The notes beneath the pieces are model-generated. The model was given only the letters and a program-made list of their open reading frames with translations. It made no database searches and was not told where the DNA came from. A stretch of 62,649 bases of DNA from IMG/VR virus record IMGVR_UViG_3300018083_000030, positions 1 through 62,649 of that record; one strand, written 5' to 3'. Origin of the DNA: a virus (taxonomy: Duplodnaviria > Caudoviricetes). This document shows positions 45,964 through 54,922 of this stretch, in pieces. Position 1 is the first letter of the stretch, and the number at the start of each line of letters is the position of its first letter. The position numbers and the translations under genes are program-made.

Positions 45964-46205
45964 GGGTGCGCCCCCCGCCCGTTCTTGTGGGAGCGTGTGG
46001 GTCGTGCGTCCCACAAGCCGCGCGCCCGGAACGCCGCGATCACGTCGCCGGCCTCGCACCCGGCCCAGCATTTCACCAGCACGGTGGAATCCCCTTGGGT
46101 GAACGAACACGACGGCGAGCGGTCTTCGTGCGCCGGGCAACAACAGATCCAATACTTGCCGCACCGTTTCGCTTTCACCCGCCTTGCCAGTTCGTTAGCC
46201 GTCAT
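45960..46205 (-). CDS. Primase Zn-binding (CHC2) domain protein
   Basis: CPAHEDRSPS...VKCWAGC. Confidence 0.8.
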   Translation of the reverse strand: MTANELARRVKAKRCGKYWICCCPAHEDRSPSCSFTQGDSTVLVKCWAGCEAGDVIAAFRARGLWDARPTRSHKNGRGAHP

Positions 46206-46375
46206 GGCTCGCCCTCCGTCTTAGCCGTGTTAATTTTTTCGTCCGCGTGCGAGGGGCGCGGAAGCCGCCGGATCATCTCTTCCAACAGCAACAGGTGATC
46301 GTTGCGAAACCACACCGCCGCCGCCCGCCGCAGCGCGTCCACCAGTTCGGCCGTGGGCATGTCGCGCACCGTCAT
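46202..46375 (-). CDS. Small hypothetical protein
   Basis: ATGA coupling at both ends. Confidence 0.55.
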   Translation of the reverse strand: MTVRDMPTAELVDALRRAAAVWFRNDHLLLLEEMIRRLPRPSHADEKINTAKTEGEP

Positions 46376-46788
46376 GCCGAGATCCTCGCCGGGATCACCC
46401 GCCAGCGGTGCAGCGCGTCGAAAACGTCCTTCATGTCGTCGCACAGCGCGTAGCCGTGCCCGGCCTTGATCAACCGGAACGCCACCGCCTTTTGCGGATC
46501 GCTCGCCTTGCTGCCGGCCCGCTTCAATTCGAGAAACGCCACCGGCCCGTTGATGTGAAAGAATTGGAAGTCCGGCCAACCGGGTTGAACGCCCATGCGT
46601 TTCAACCGCCCGGCCGTCGCCGGGGTGCGATATTCGCCGGCCGGGAAATGCGTCCACGTCCACTCGGTCGAGCACCAGCGCGTCAACACGTCGGCCACGA
46701 TGCAGTGCAGCTTGAATTCGTCCACCGCCGGCAACGCAACCCCGCGCTGGCGCTTGCCTTTGAACAGGTGCAGCTGCGCCGGCCCCAT
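46372..46788 (-). CDS. VRR-NUC family nuclease
   Basis: LKRMGVQPGWPD...FLELK...S..Q. Confidence 0.85.
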   Translation of the reverse strand: MGPAQLHLFKGKRQRGVALPAVDEFKLHCIVADVLTRWCSTEWTWTHFPAGEYRTPATAGRLKRMGVQPGWPDFQFFHINGPVAFLELKRAGSKASDPQKAVAFRLIKAGHGYALCDDMKDVFDALHRWRVIPARISA

Positions 46789-46792
46789 GCCG

Positions 46793-47083
46793 TCACCTCG
46801 CCCGGGTCCGATGCTTGCTACGGGTAGCGGGTCGCTTGCGCTTGACCGCTATCGCTCGCGGCTTCTTGGCGTGACCATTGAGCCGGCGCGTGATCGGATT
46901 GCCGCACAGCTTCAATCGATCAATGCCGGCGACGTGGTCGAGCACGCATGCCATCTCCCACGTCACCCACCCGCGCCGCTTGGCGAGGTGCACCGCATTC
47001 TGCGAATAACCGATGGCCGCCGCCAACTTGGCCTCGGAACCATAGGAGGCGATTGCTGCCTCTAGCAGCCGTCGTGCCGACAT
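46793..47083 (-). CDS. Cro/YdaS-like HTH regulator
   Basis: AIASYGSEAKLAAAIGYSQNAV; first gene of the replication operon. Confidence 0.75.
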   Translation of the reverse strand: MSARRLLEAAIASYGSEAKLAAAIGYSQNAVHLAKRRGWVTWEMACVLDHVAGIDRLKLCGNPITRRLNGHAKKPRAIAVKRKRPATRSKHRTRAR

Positions 47084-47190
47084 GTTGGAACTCGCGTTTG
47101 ATTGACCGGATTCGCCGCGCCGATATAAGGCGCACAAGTCCGCAGCAGATTCAATAGGCCGGCGGTTCGTCCACACTAACCCACAGCCCC

Positions 47191-47231
47191 AACCCGTCGC
47201 GGGTTGACACCACGGGCCGCTCGACTACGTT
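47191..47231 (+). promoter_or_regulatory. Operator palindrome overlapping a sigma70-type promoter
   Basis: AACCCGTCGCGGGTT overlaps TTGACA (47204-47209), followed by N16-TACGTT upstream of the YqaJ gene. Confidence 0.55.
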
Positions 47232-47257
47232 CGATTGACGCGATTCCGGGGGACTCG

Positions 47258-48073
47258 ATGGCACTCACCGCCGCGCAGCTGGCCGCACGCGAGGGCAAGA
47301 TCACGGCGTCGTTCGCACCGCAATTGATGGATGGCGACACCCACAAGATCTACAACAAGTGGCTGGAATTGATCGGCGATCCGTCGTGGAAGCCGGAAGA
47401 CATGACCGACAATTTCCCCGCTTTCCACGGCACCGTGATGGAACCGCACGTGCTCGACTGGCACCAGCGTACCAGCGGGCACGCGCTGATTCGGCGCGGT
47501 GAAGTGGTGCAACACCCAACCCGACCGTATGTCTGCGCCACGCTCGACGCCTATCGCGAAGCCGACCAGTGCGTCATCGATTGCAAATGTCCCGGCGCAT
47601 GGATGACGCTGGCGCGGGTCGAAGCCTACTACACCGCGCAAATGATCGTGCAACGCGCCTGCGTCGGTGCCGTCAACGCCGCGCTGCTGATTTCGCACGG
47701 CGGTGCCACGCCCATCGAATTGCCGATGACCATCGATGCCGACTACGAGTCGCTGGTGTGGCAACGCATCGATGCGTTTCAACGCTGCGTCGAAACGCTG
47801 ACCGAACCGGTCGAGCTTCCACCGGCACCGCCACCGCCGCCCTGGCGAACGATAGATCTCGACCGCGATTGCGCCCATCTCAATTGGGGCGCGGAAATGG
47901 TCGGCAACCTGATCACCTGGGAGAACACGCGCGACACCGCCGTGCTGCACGAAACCGCGAAAGAAGAAATCAAAAAGCTGTTGCCCGACGACGTCGGCCA
48001 CGTGTCGTTCGGCACCGTGCTGATCACCCGCGCGCGCAATCGCGCCGTCACCATCAAACGGGGCAAGTCATGA
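47258..48073 (+). CDS. YqaJ/lambda-exonuclease-like protein
   Basis: R.G.ITAS, G..MEP, HP...ATLDA...IDCK, Y..Q...Q. Confidence 0.85.
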   Translation: MALTAAQLAAREGKITASFAPQLMDGDTHKIYNKWLELIGDPSWKPEDMTDNFPAFHGTVMEPHVLDWHQRTSGHALIRRGEVVQHPTRPYVCATLDAYREADQCVIDCKCPGAWMTLARVEAYYTAQMIVQRACVGAVNAALLISHGGATPIELPMTIDADYESLVWQRIDAFQRCVETLTEPVELPPAPPPPPWRTIDLDRDCAHLNWGAEMVGNLITWENTRDTAVLHETAKEEIKKLLPDDVGHVSFGTVLITRARNRAVTIKRGKS

Positions 48074-48267
48074 AAGCATTGATCGACAAGGACACCATTG
48101 CCGAATGGCAGGGCGCTTCCACCACCAGCACCAGCAACGCCGGCCACTACGCCATCGCGCTGGCCATCGTGGAATTGACGCGCGAGGCCAAGCGCATCGC
48201 CAACAACCTCGACACCATCGCCAACCAAATCGAAGGCGTCGAGGTCACGCTGTCGGAAAGATCATGA
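48070..48267 (+). CDS. Small hypothetical protein
   Basis: ATGA coupling. Confidence 0.55.
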   Translation: MKALIDKDTIAEWQGASTTSTSNAGHYAIALAIVELTREAKRIANNLDTIANQIEGVEVTLSERS

Positions 48268-48992
48268 CCGCGCGCCCGCTCGGATTCATCGTCCCGCCCA
48301 TCGGCGATCCGTTCGCCGACTACATCCCCGACGACGCCACCCGCCAGGATCTCGACACCGACGAACTGGCATTGCTGGAACACGTGCGCGCCCACCACGA
48401 CGTCGCCGCTGGCTCGCTCGCATGGCCGGCCGCCACCGCCACCGACGCCGCCGCCGTGCTCGGGCCGGAGCGCCACAAGCTGATCGAACTCGGCCCGGTG
48501 CCGTGGACGCAACGCCCGGATTCGGCAGAGGAACTGCGCATGGATCGAATCCGCGCCAAGCGCGCCGAAAACCTGCGCCAGCGCGAACGCGAGCGCCGCA
48601 GCCGGGCGCGCAATCGCAAGCGCGCCAGCGTGCCGAAACCACCGCGCCCGCAACCGGATCCGAAACCGCGTCCGATTCCGCAACCGTTCCCACCGCCGCC
48701 GATGCCGCCCCCGCCGCGACCGATCCCGCCACCGCTGCACCCGCACCCCGCGCCCGGCACCGGTGGCATCAAGCCGATTCCGGTGAAGCCCGTGCACCCC
48801 GACGCCGACAAGATGTGGCCGCCACCGTCAGAACCGTGGCCAATGCCGGGGCCGATGGGCTTTACCCGCACGCTCGCGGTAAACCTGTCGGCCCCGGTGA
48901 TGAAGCCGACATGGCCGCAGCCGAAAACCGTTCACGATGCGCGTGGCGCGCGCGTCGTCAAGGCGACGCCGTATAAACCGAAAGGCCCATGA
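48264..48992 (+). CDS. Proline-rich hypothetical protein
   Basis: ATGA coupling; Arg-rich helix followed by a long Pro-rich tract. Confidence 0.55.
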   Translation: MTARPLGFIVPPIGDPFADYIPDDATRQDLDTDELALLEHVRAHHDVAAGSLAWPAATATDAAAVLGPERHKLIELGPVPWTQRPDSAEELRMDRIRAKRAENLRQRERERRSRARNRKRASVPKPPRPQPDPKPRPIPQPFPPPPMPPPPRPIPPPLHPHPAPGTGGIKPIPVKPVHPDADKMWPPPSEPWPMPGPMGFTRTLAVNLSAPVMKPTWPQPKTVHDARGARVVKATPYKPKGP

Positions 48993-48993
48993 C

Positions 48994-50046
48994 ATGAACG
49001 TCCCCGCTATCCGCCCCACTCGACTCCCGATGCCCGCGAACGCCGACGTCGACGCCGGCAAGTGGCGCGTGCTGGTCGAGGCCATCTTCCCCAACGCCAA
49101 GAGCGCCGACTCCGTCATGCTGGCGCTCGATTACTGCAAGGCACGCGGCCTCGACGTGCTGAAAAAACCGGTCAACATCGTGCCGATGTGGTCGAGCGCG
49201 CTCGGCCGCTACGTCGAAACCGTGTGGCCCAGCATCAACGAAATACAGGTGACCGCCGCGCGCACCGGCCAATGGGCCGGCATGGACGAACCGGTGTGGG
49301 GCAACAACATCACCCGCACGTTCGAAGGCCGGCAGAAAAACAAGCAAGGCGCGTGGGAAGACCGCACCGTCGAGGTGACCTATCCCGAATCCTGCGCCGT
49401 CACCGTGTATCGGCTGATCGGCGACGGCCGTTGCGCCTTCACCGAACCGGTGTACTGGATCGAAGCCTATGGCCGCATTGGCGGCGGCGAATTGCCGAAC
49501 GACATGTGGGCCAAGCGTCCGCGCGGCCAGCTGCACAAGGTGGCCAAGGCCGCCTCGCTGCGCGCCGCGTTTCCCGAAGAGGGCGACACCCCGGCCGCCG
49601 AAGAAATGGAAGGGCACTCGGTGGACCCGCCCGAACCGATTGTCGACAAGCCCGCACCGCCGGACAATTGGAAGCCGCCGGCCGGCACGGTGACGACCGA
49701 AGTGATGGGCAGCGGCGGCAGCGGCACCCCGGCCGGCGAGCCGGTGGAAGACTTCGACGCCGACACCGGTGAATACGGCCCGCGCGCCATCGCCGTCGAT
49801 GACGGCGAACCGTGGCGCGACTGGTGCCACCGCTTGCTCGATCACATCCGCGCCGCCACCACGCTGGCCGACGTCGACAAGTGGGAGGAAGAGAACGCCG
49901 ACACCATGGCGAAAGTGAATGCCGAAGCGCCCAAGATCCACGTGCAGCTGAAAGCGGCCATCGGCCGCCACCGCGTCAGCTTGGCCGGCCAACCGCAGAA
50001 GGATGCCGCCCCCACCGGAGAACCCGACAATGTCGCCACAGGCTAA
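48994..50046 (+). CDS. bet: Bet/RecT family single-strand annealing protein
   Basis: YCKARGLD.LKKPV.IV, AARTGQWAG, MW.KRP..QL.KVA.A..LR.AFP. Confidence 0.9.
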   Translation: MNVPAIRPTRLPMPANADVDAGKWRVLVEAIFPNAKSADSVMLALDYCKARGLDVLKKPVNIVPMWSSALGRYVETVWPSINEIQVTAARTGQWAGMDEPVWGNNITRTFEGRQKNKQGAWEDRTVEVTYPESCAVTVYRLIGDGRCAFTEPVYWIEAYGRIGGGELPNDMWAKRPRGQLHKVAKAASLRAAFPEEGDTPAAEEMEGHSVDPPEPIVDKPAPPDNWKPPAGTVTTEVMGSGGSGTPAGEPVEDFDADTGEYGPRAIAVDDGEPWRDWCHRLLDHIRAATTLADVDKWEEENADTMAKVNAEAPKIHVQLKAAIGRHRVSLAGQPQKDAAPTGEPDNVATG

Positions 50047-50527
50047 TCACCCGCGACTGGTGCGCATGATCGAAACCGCGTCGCGCAACATCGAAACCAT
50101 ATTCAACAACGTCGGCCACGTCGCCGCGATGTGGCATTGGCACGCCGCCGACGGCGACCAGTTCGTCACGCTGGCACCGCCGGGATTGAGCAAGGACGAA
50201 TGCGTGGCCACCATCCGCGAGGTGCTGATCTTGCACGAGGCCGTCGCCGTGCTGTTCATCGATGAAGCGTGGACGTTCACGGTCAAGACCGAAGCCGAAG
50301 CCCTCGAATGGGTGACCGCCGAACGCAAGCCGGACGACCCGCACGCCCGCGAGATCGTGCATTTCGTCGCCGAAGACGACACCGGCGAATTGATCGGCGT
50401 GCGCGATATCATCCGCCCGCCCAACGGCAAGCCGCAACTCGGCCAGCTGGTGCTCGAAGAGATGGCCGCGCCGACCGGCCGCTTTGTCGGCATGCTGCCG
50501 CGCCCGCGCCGGGCCACGCTGCAATGA
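50030..50527 (+). CDS. Hypothetical protein
   Basis: Operon tiling; EAW motif. Confidence 0.6.
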   Translation: MSPQANHPRLVRMIETASRNIETIFNNVGHVAAMWHWHAADGDQFVTLAPPGLSKDECVATIREVLILHEAVAVLFIDEAWTFTVKTEAEALEWVTAERKPDDPHAREIVHFVAEDDTGELIGVRDIIRPPNGKPQLGQLVLEEMAAPTGRFVGMLPRPRRATLQ

Positions 50528-50859
50528 CCGTGATCCCGTTCACGCCCCGGGAAAAGCTCGGCCAGCTGACCGACTATAGCCGGCGCTGGCGGCTGGCGCG
50601 CATCGTGATGATGCAATTTGGCGAGTGGCTGATAACCGAGAAATGCGACATCGCCGTCGACAAGGTGAGCGAGGAATCCGCCATCGCCGCGACCGCGATC
50701 CTGGCGCTCGGCGACATGCACGCCGACGATATCGTTGACCTGTATGACAGCGTGCACGCCATGCCGTGCCTCACCTATGACCAGCGCACCGCTGGCGCGG
50801 GCGAAATCCGCAAGTGGGCGCTGGCGTTTCTGGTCGACCGTGACGGGTGGAACGAATGA
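50524..50859 (+). CDS. Hypothetical protein
   Basis: ATGA coupling. Confidence 0.55.
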   Translation: MTVIPFTPREKLGQLTDYSRRWRLARIVMMQFGEWLITEKCDIAVDKVSEESAIAATAILALGDMHADDIVDLYDSVHAMPCLTYDQRTAGAGEIRKWALAFLVDRDGWNE

Positions 50860-51119
50860 TGCGCGACGAACAGAGCTTTCAGGACTCGCGCCGCATGCTG
50901 GTGGCGTTGCTGGCACAGGAAGATGACCCGCCGCTGATCGGCCTCGATGAAATCGACGTCACCGACCGCCTCAAAACCGTGGTGACCGCCAGCGCCGACG
51001 TGATCGTGCACACGCTTTGCCTGTTCTCCAACTACCGCAGCGACGTGGTGCATGAAGGCTTGACCAAATTGATCGAGGACATGCGCCGCAACATCGGCCG
51101 GCTGTGCGGTGACCATTGA
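50856..51119 (+). CDS. Hypothetical protein
   Basis: ATGA coupling. Confidence 0.55.
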   Translation: MMRDEQSFQDSRRMLVALLAQEDDPPLIGLDEIDVTDRLKTVVTASADVIVHTLCLFSNYRSDVVHEGLTKLIEDMRRNIGRLCGDH

Positions 51120-51553
51120 TGCGCCGCGTCACCTACACCGTGCGCAACGGTGGCCGCCGGGTGCTGGTGCCCGAAGGCGTCGAGGCCGACGAACAATTGG
51201 CCAAGCTCGCCGTTGGCGAAGTGGTCGGCGTCGAGATCACCCGGCCGCGCTCGCCGAAGTTCAACGCCCGCGTTCACCTCACCATCGAACGCACCGCCGC
51301 CGCCATGCACATCACCGTGCGCGGTTGCTACGGCTGGCTGCTGACCCGCACCGGCCACATCAACATCGTGCTGTGGCCGCCCGGCCAAAAGCCGGTGATC
51401 GTGCCGCATGCCGTCAGCGACATGGACGCGCTCACCTTCGAAACCTTCTGGGAATCCGCCTGCACCATCATCCGCGCCGACGTGCTGCCGTACCTCCCCA
51501 CCGACGTCGCCGCCGATATTGCCCACCGCCTAGTGCCAGCCGATGAGGGATAA
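51119..51553 (+). CDS. DUF1367/NinB-like protein
   Basis: RPRS.KF, G..N, MD..TF.TFW. Confidence 0.55.
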   Translation: MRRVTYTVRNGGRRVLVPEGVEADEQLAKLAVGEVVGVEITRPRSPKFNARVHLTIERTAAAMHITVRGCYGWLLTRTGHINIVLWPPGQKPVIVPHAVSDMDALTFETFWESACTIIRADVLPYLPTDVAADIAHRLVPADEG

Positions 51554-51555
51554 AT

Positions 51556-51792
51556 ATGGCCATCGTGAATCGCTTCAATCGCGGCAAGCCGATACGCCCC
51601 GGAGCCAAGCCGAATCCGCGCGCCGCCAAGATGTGCGACGACTGGGTGAAAGCGCGCGGCGGAAACGCCAGCTTCGATTCGCTTTATCGCATGCTGGTGG
51701 AAGCCGGCTTCCCGCCCAACGACGCCCACCTTGCGCTGGAAGATTTCATGCGCGGCAACATGATGAAGCGAGTCAAAAAGCCGACGCCGTGA
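51556..51792 (+). CDS. Hypothetical protein
   Basis: GAGGGA RBS. Confidence 0.55.
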   Translation: MAIVNRFNRGKPIRPGAKPNPRAAKMCDDWVKARGGNASFDSLYRMLVEAGFPPNDAHLALEDFMRGNMMKRVKKPTP

Positions 51793-52070
51793 TCGAACGC
51801 GAACGCCTTGAAGTCCTGCTAGATCGCGACCGGCTCGAATCGATGCGCCTGTCGGTCAATCAAGAACGGCTGTTCGATGCGCTGTTGCGCTCATACCTGC
51901 ACGATCCGTTCGCCCTGGTGCCGGGCTACACCATCCGCCCGTTGCTCGGATCCAACCGGCTCGCCGTGCTGCGCGTCAAGCTGCGCCGCGTCGGCTGGGA
52001 CATCGTGTCGAAGAACGGCAAGCACGGCGGCTATCGCTTGGCGCGCTTGCTACCACCGGAGGGAACATGA
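51789..52070 (+). CDS. Winged-helix-like protein
   Basis: LRVKLRRVGWDIVS..G..GGYRL. Confidence 0.55.
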   Translation: MIERERLEVLLDRDRLESMRLSVNQERLFDALLRSYLHDPFALVPGYTIRPLLGSNRLAVLRVKLRRVGWDIVSKNGKHGGYRLARLLPPEGT

Positions 52071-52336
52071 CCAACACCATGGGCCGACTTGCCATGCGCT
52101 CGGAAGGCGACTTGTGGGCCGCCTACTATGCCCTGCCCAACACCATGGACGGCGCGATCTTCCTCGGTTCGATCCAGCTGCGGTTCGTGCAGGACGCCGA
52201 ACGCAAATCGATGTTCATCGCTTTGATGCGCGAGGCGGTGTCGGACATTCTGGAACAGTTGACCGGCGAGCGCCCGACGTGGCCGGAACCCGAAGGCACG
52301 CCGGCACCCGAACACGAACGCGGGGGCAACGCATGA
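52067..52336 (+). CDS. Hypothetical protein
   Basis: GRLAMR.EG.W.AYYA...APEHER. Confidence 0.65.
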   Translation: MTNTMGRLAMRSEGDLWAAYYALPNTMDGAIFLGSIQLRFVQDAERKSMFIALMREAVSDILEQLTGERPTWPEPEGTPAPEHERGGNA

Positions 52337-52524
52337 TCCCGTCGAGCGAAGCGGTAGCCGAAAACATCCGCCGCCATTGCGCCGGCATCGCCAAGGAAAT
52401 CGCCCAGCGCGTGGCGAACGATCCGAAGAATTCCGACGCCACGCCGTACAACGTCGAGCACCACGCCACGGCCGTGTTGCTCGATTGGTATCTCGGCAAT
52501 TTCATCCCGAACCGGGCCGACTAA
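52333..52524 (+). CDS. Small hypothetical protein
   Basis: ATGA coupling. Confidence 0.5.
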   Translation: MIPSSEAVAENIRRHCAGIAKEIAQRVANDPKNSDATPYNVEHHATAVLLDWYLGNFIPNRAD

Positions 52525-52537
52525 TGAATGGGGCAGC

Positions 52538-52729
52538 GTGATGACGAGTCTAGAAGACGACCGCGAAACCTATCTCGGCGACGGGCTTTATGTGCTGTTC
52601 GACGGCTGGGCATTCCGGCTGCGCGCGCCGCGCGAGGATGGCGACCACGTCGTGTTCCTCGAGCCGCGCATCATGAGTGAGTTCCTGGCGTTCGTGGCGA
52701 ACTCAACGCCCGGCAAGGTGGCCCAATGA
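52538..52729 (+). CDS. Small phage protein (YLGDGLY family)
   Basis: TYLGDGLYV.FDG...V.LEP. Confidence 0.65.
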   Translation: MMTSLEDDRETYLGDGLYVLFDGWAFRLRAPREDGDHVVFLEPRIMSEFLAFVANSTPGKVAQ

Positions 52730-53067
52730 ATTGGCCGATGCGCCGCGTCATCCTCGAATCCCCCTATGCCGGCGACGTCGAGGCCAATGTCGCCTATGCC
52801 CGGCAATGCGTGCGCGATAGCGTGGCGCGCGGCGAGGCCCCGATTGCCTCGCACCTGTTGTTCACACAACCCGGAATCCTTGACGACGGCGTGCCGGAAC
52901 AGCGCGAGCTTGGCATTGCCGCCGGCCTTGCGTGGCTGATCCACGCCGACGCCATGGTGCTCTACATCGACCGGGGCATGTCGTTCGGCATGCGCGAGGC
53001 CATGAAGGCGGCGCAGCACCACGGGGTGCCGACCGAACTGCGCTCGCTGACGGTGATCCATGCGTGA
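52726..53067 (+). CDS. Nucleoside 2-deoxyribosyltransferase-like (DUF4406-related) protein
   Basis: VILESPYAGDVEANVAYAR.C...GEAPIASHL...D.G.S.GM. Confidence 0.7.
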   Translation: MNWPMRRVILESPYAGDVEANVAYARQCVRDSVARGEAPIASHLLFTQPGILDDGVPEQRELGIAAGLAWLIHADAMVLYIDRGMSFGMREAMKAAQHHGVPTELRSLTVIHA

Positions 53068-53431
53068 CCTGCACACCCTCGACCAATACCGCGTCGACAT
53101 CAGCAAAACGCACGGCTGGTCGGGCGATGGCACGTGCGGCATGTTCAAGCTGCCGTCACCCATCGACGGCGGCACCCTCATGTGCATCGCCTCGACCGAA
53201 GACGGCTGGGACCACGTGTCAGTGTCGCGCAAGAACCGCTGTCCGAACTGGATCGAAATGAGCTTCATCAAGCGCAAGTTTTATGGCGACGACGAAGTGG
53301 CGATGCAGCTGCACGTGCAAGTGACGCAACACATCAACGCGCACCCGCATTGCCTGCACCTTTGGCGGCCGCAAGCCGTCGAGATCCCACGGCCACCGGG
53401 ATGGATGGTGGCCCCACAACCGGAGCAATGA
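53060..53431 (+). CDS. Conserved phage protein (WDHVSVS...CP.W.EM...CLHLW family)
   Basis: Motifs as named. Confidence 0.7.
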   Translation: MRDLHTLDQYRVDISKTHGWSGDGTCGMFKLPSPIDGGTLMCIASTEDGWDHVSVSRKNRCPNWIEMSFIKRKFYGDDEVAMQLHVQVTQHINAHPHCLHLWRPQAVEIPRPPGWMVAPQPEQ

Positions 53432-53434
53432 CCA

Positions 53435-53941
53435 ATGACCAACGGACGCACACCACCCAAGCCGAACAGCAGCGGCATGCCGCGCGCCAACAACCTGCCG
53501 CCGGCCGGCCACAACCTCGGGCCGATGCACGACGAATTTTCGCAAGAGGCCGCGCGCGCCGCGCAACGCTATTTCGACATGACGTCGGAGATCGCCCGCC
53601 TCACCGGCGAGCTTGAAGCGTGGCGGCAACGCGCGACGCTGGCGGAAGAGGAAGTCAAACGCGCCGAAGCGCGCGAGCAAAAGCTGGCCGCCAAGCTCGA
53701 ATTCACCAGCGAAAAATTGATGGCAGAACGCGACACCTATCGCGACCGCCTGACCACGTTGAAAGCCGAATTCGCCACCGCCGGCAACATCATCCTGAAT
53801 TGCATCAAGGTGTCGGAAGACATGATGCAACAACAGGGCGAGCGCGTGTCGGTCGAACACCTCGACAAGCTGGCGCAGGAACTCGACAGCGAGCCGATGC
53901 CCAGCATCATCACCGCCGGCCCGCGCAATTCGGAGTCGTGA
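53435..53941 (+). CDS. Coiled-coil hypothetical protein
   Basis: Long heptad-like segment. Confidence 0.6.
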   Translation: MTNGRTPPKPNSSGMPRANNLPPAGHNLGPMHDEFSQEAARAAQRYFDMTSEIARLTGELEAWRQRATLAEEEVKRAEAREQKLAAKLEFTSEKLMAERDTYRDRLTTLKAEFATAGNIILNCIKVSEDMMQQQGERVSVEHLDKLAQELDSEPMPSIITAGPRNSES

Positions 53942-53943
53942 TC

Positions 53944-54147
53944 ATGGCCGATCTGAAAGAACGCATCGCCGCAAGCGCGGACTTCACCCCCACCGAAAAG
54001 CTGTTGCTGCAAGAGGCGTTGAACACCGTCGCCAACACCAGCGGCGTGGTCGAGCGCAGCAATCCGACGTGGCGTGACATCCCAGCGGATAAGGTATTCG
54101 ACGCCGACACAACGAAGCGTTGCCCGACCTGTGGCGCTGGCCTGTAA
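53944..54147 (+). CDS. Small protein with C-terminal CPTC
   Basis: GGAG RBS. Confidence 0.5.
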   Translation: MADLKERIAASADFTPTEKLLLQEALNTVANTSGVVERSNPTWRDIPADKVFDADTTKRCPTCGAGL

Positions 54148-54446
54148 TGCTGAAACCGATTTGCGTGTCGTGCCAGCGGTTCTACCGGCCGGAACGAAAC
54201 GGCGTGCGCTTCATCGAAAGCATGCCGAAACCCGGAGTCGTGCGCGCGGCACCGGGCACGTCCGCGCCGGAGCAATGGCAACCGTACAAGCTATGGGTCG
54301 CTGATCTGTGGAAGTGCCACGGCTGCGGCCACGAACTAATCATGGGCGCGTCGCGGGTGCCGATGGTCGAGCATTACCAGCCGGATTTCAAAGCCCACTG
54401 CGAAGCGGAACGCCACCTGATCCGCTGCACCGTCAACGACTGCTAA
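54147..54446 (+). CDS. Zn-ribbon protein
   Basis: CVSC...ADLWKCHGCG. Confidence 0.65.
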   Translation: MLKPICVSCQRFYRPERNGVRFIESMPKPGVVRAAPGTSAPEQWQPYKLWVADLWKCHGCGHELIMGASRVPMVEHYQPDFKAHCEAERHLIRCTVNDC

Positions 54447-54480
54447 AAAAATGCCCCCGGGGAACGGACTCCCGGGGGCA
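54445..54480 (-). terminator. Terminator between convergent early and late operons
   Basis: TGCCCCCGGG...CCCGGGGGCA stem with a T-run on the minus strand. Confidence 0.7.
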
Positions 54481-54546
54481 ACCGTGCGGCATTCCGGGGG
54501 TACGACTCCCCGGCAAGGAACGCCGGACCATGACCGATTCGCCGCG

Positions 54547-54663
54547 TCATGGGAACGTCGTTGACCACCGCTCGAATCCGATGAACGAAACGGCGGCGAT
54601 CACCGCCATGGCGAGGATGAACGCCCACAGCGCCCAATTGAATCCGGGCGGGCGATCAGTCAT
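54547..54663 (-). CDS. Small single-TM protein
   Basis: MTDRPPGFNWALWAFILAMAVIAAVSFIGF; ATGA coupling. Confidence 0.5.
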   Translation of the reverse strand: MTDRPPGFNWALWAFILAMAVIAAVSFIGFERWSTTFP

Positions 54664-54920
54664 CCGAACACCCACGCCGCCACCGTCATCACCGACAGCA
54701 CGACGAACGGGAACAGCGCGCCCAGAACGAACCCCCGAAACAACAGGCAACACGGGCAGTCGGTAAACAGGTGCTGCGCTAACCGGCTCGACCAATGCTC
54801 GGGCGTCCGACACCACGCTGGCGTGAAGACCTTGGAGGCCCACGCCAGCGCGTTCGATAACCAGTTGTCGGACCACTCGACCGGGCCACCCGGTCGCGGG
54901 TCATCCTTGGGACGGAAGCG
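54660..54920 (-). CDS. Membrane protein with CPCC motif (start uncertain)
   Basis: FTDCPCCLLFRGFVLGALF...; no clear start codon. Confidence 0.35.
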   Translation of the reverse strand, partial: RFRPKDDPRPGGPVEWSDNWLSNALAWASKVFTPAWCRTPEHWSSRLAQHLFTDCPCCLLFRGFVLGALFPFVVLSVMTVAAWVFG

Positions 54921-54922
54921 AA

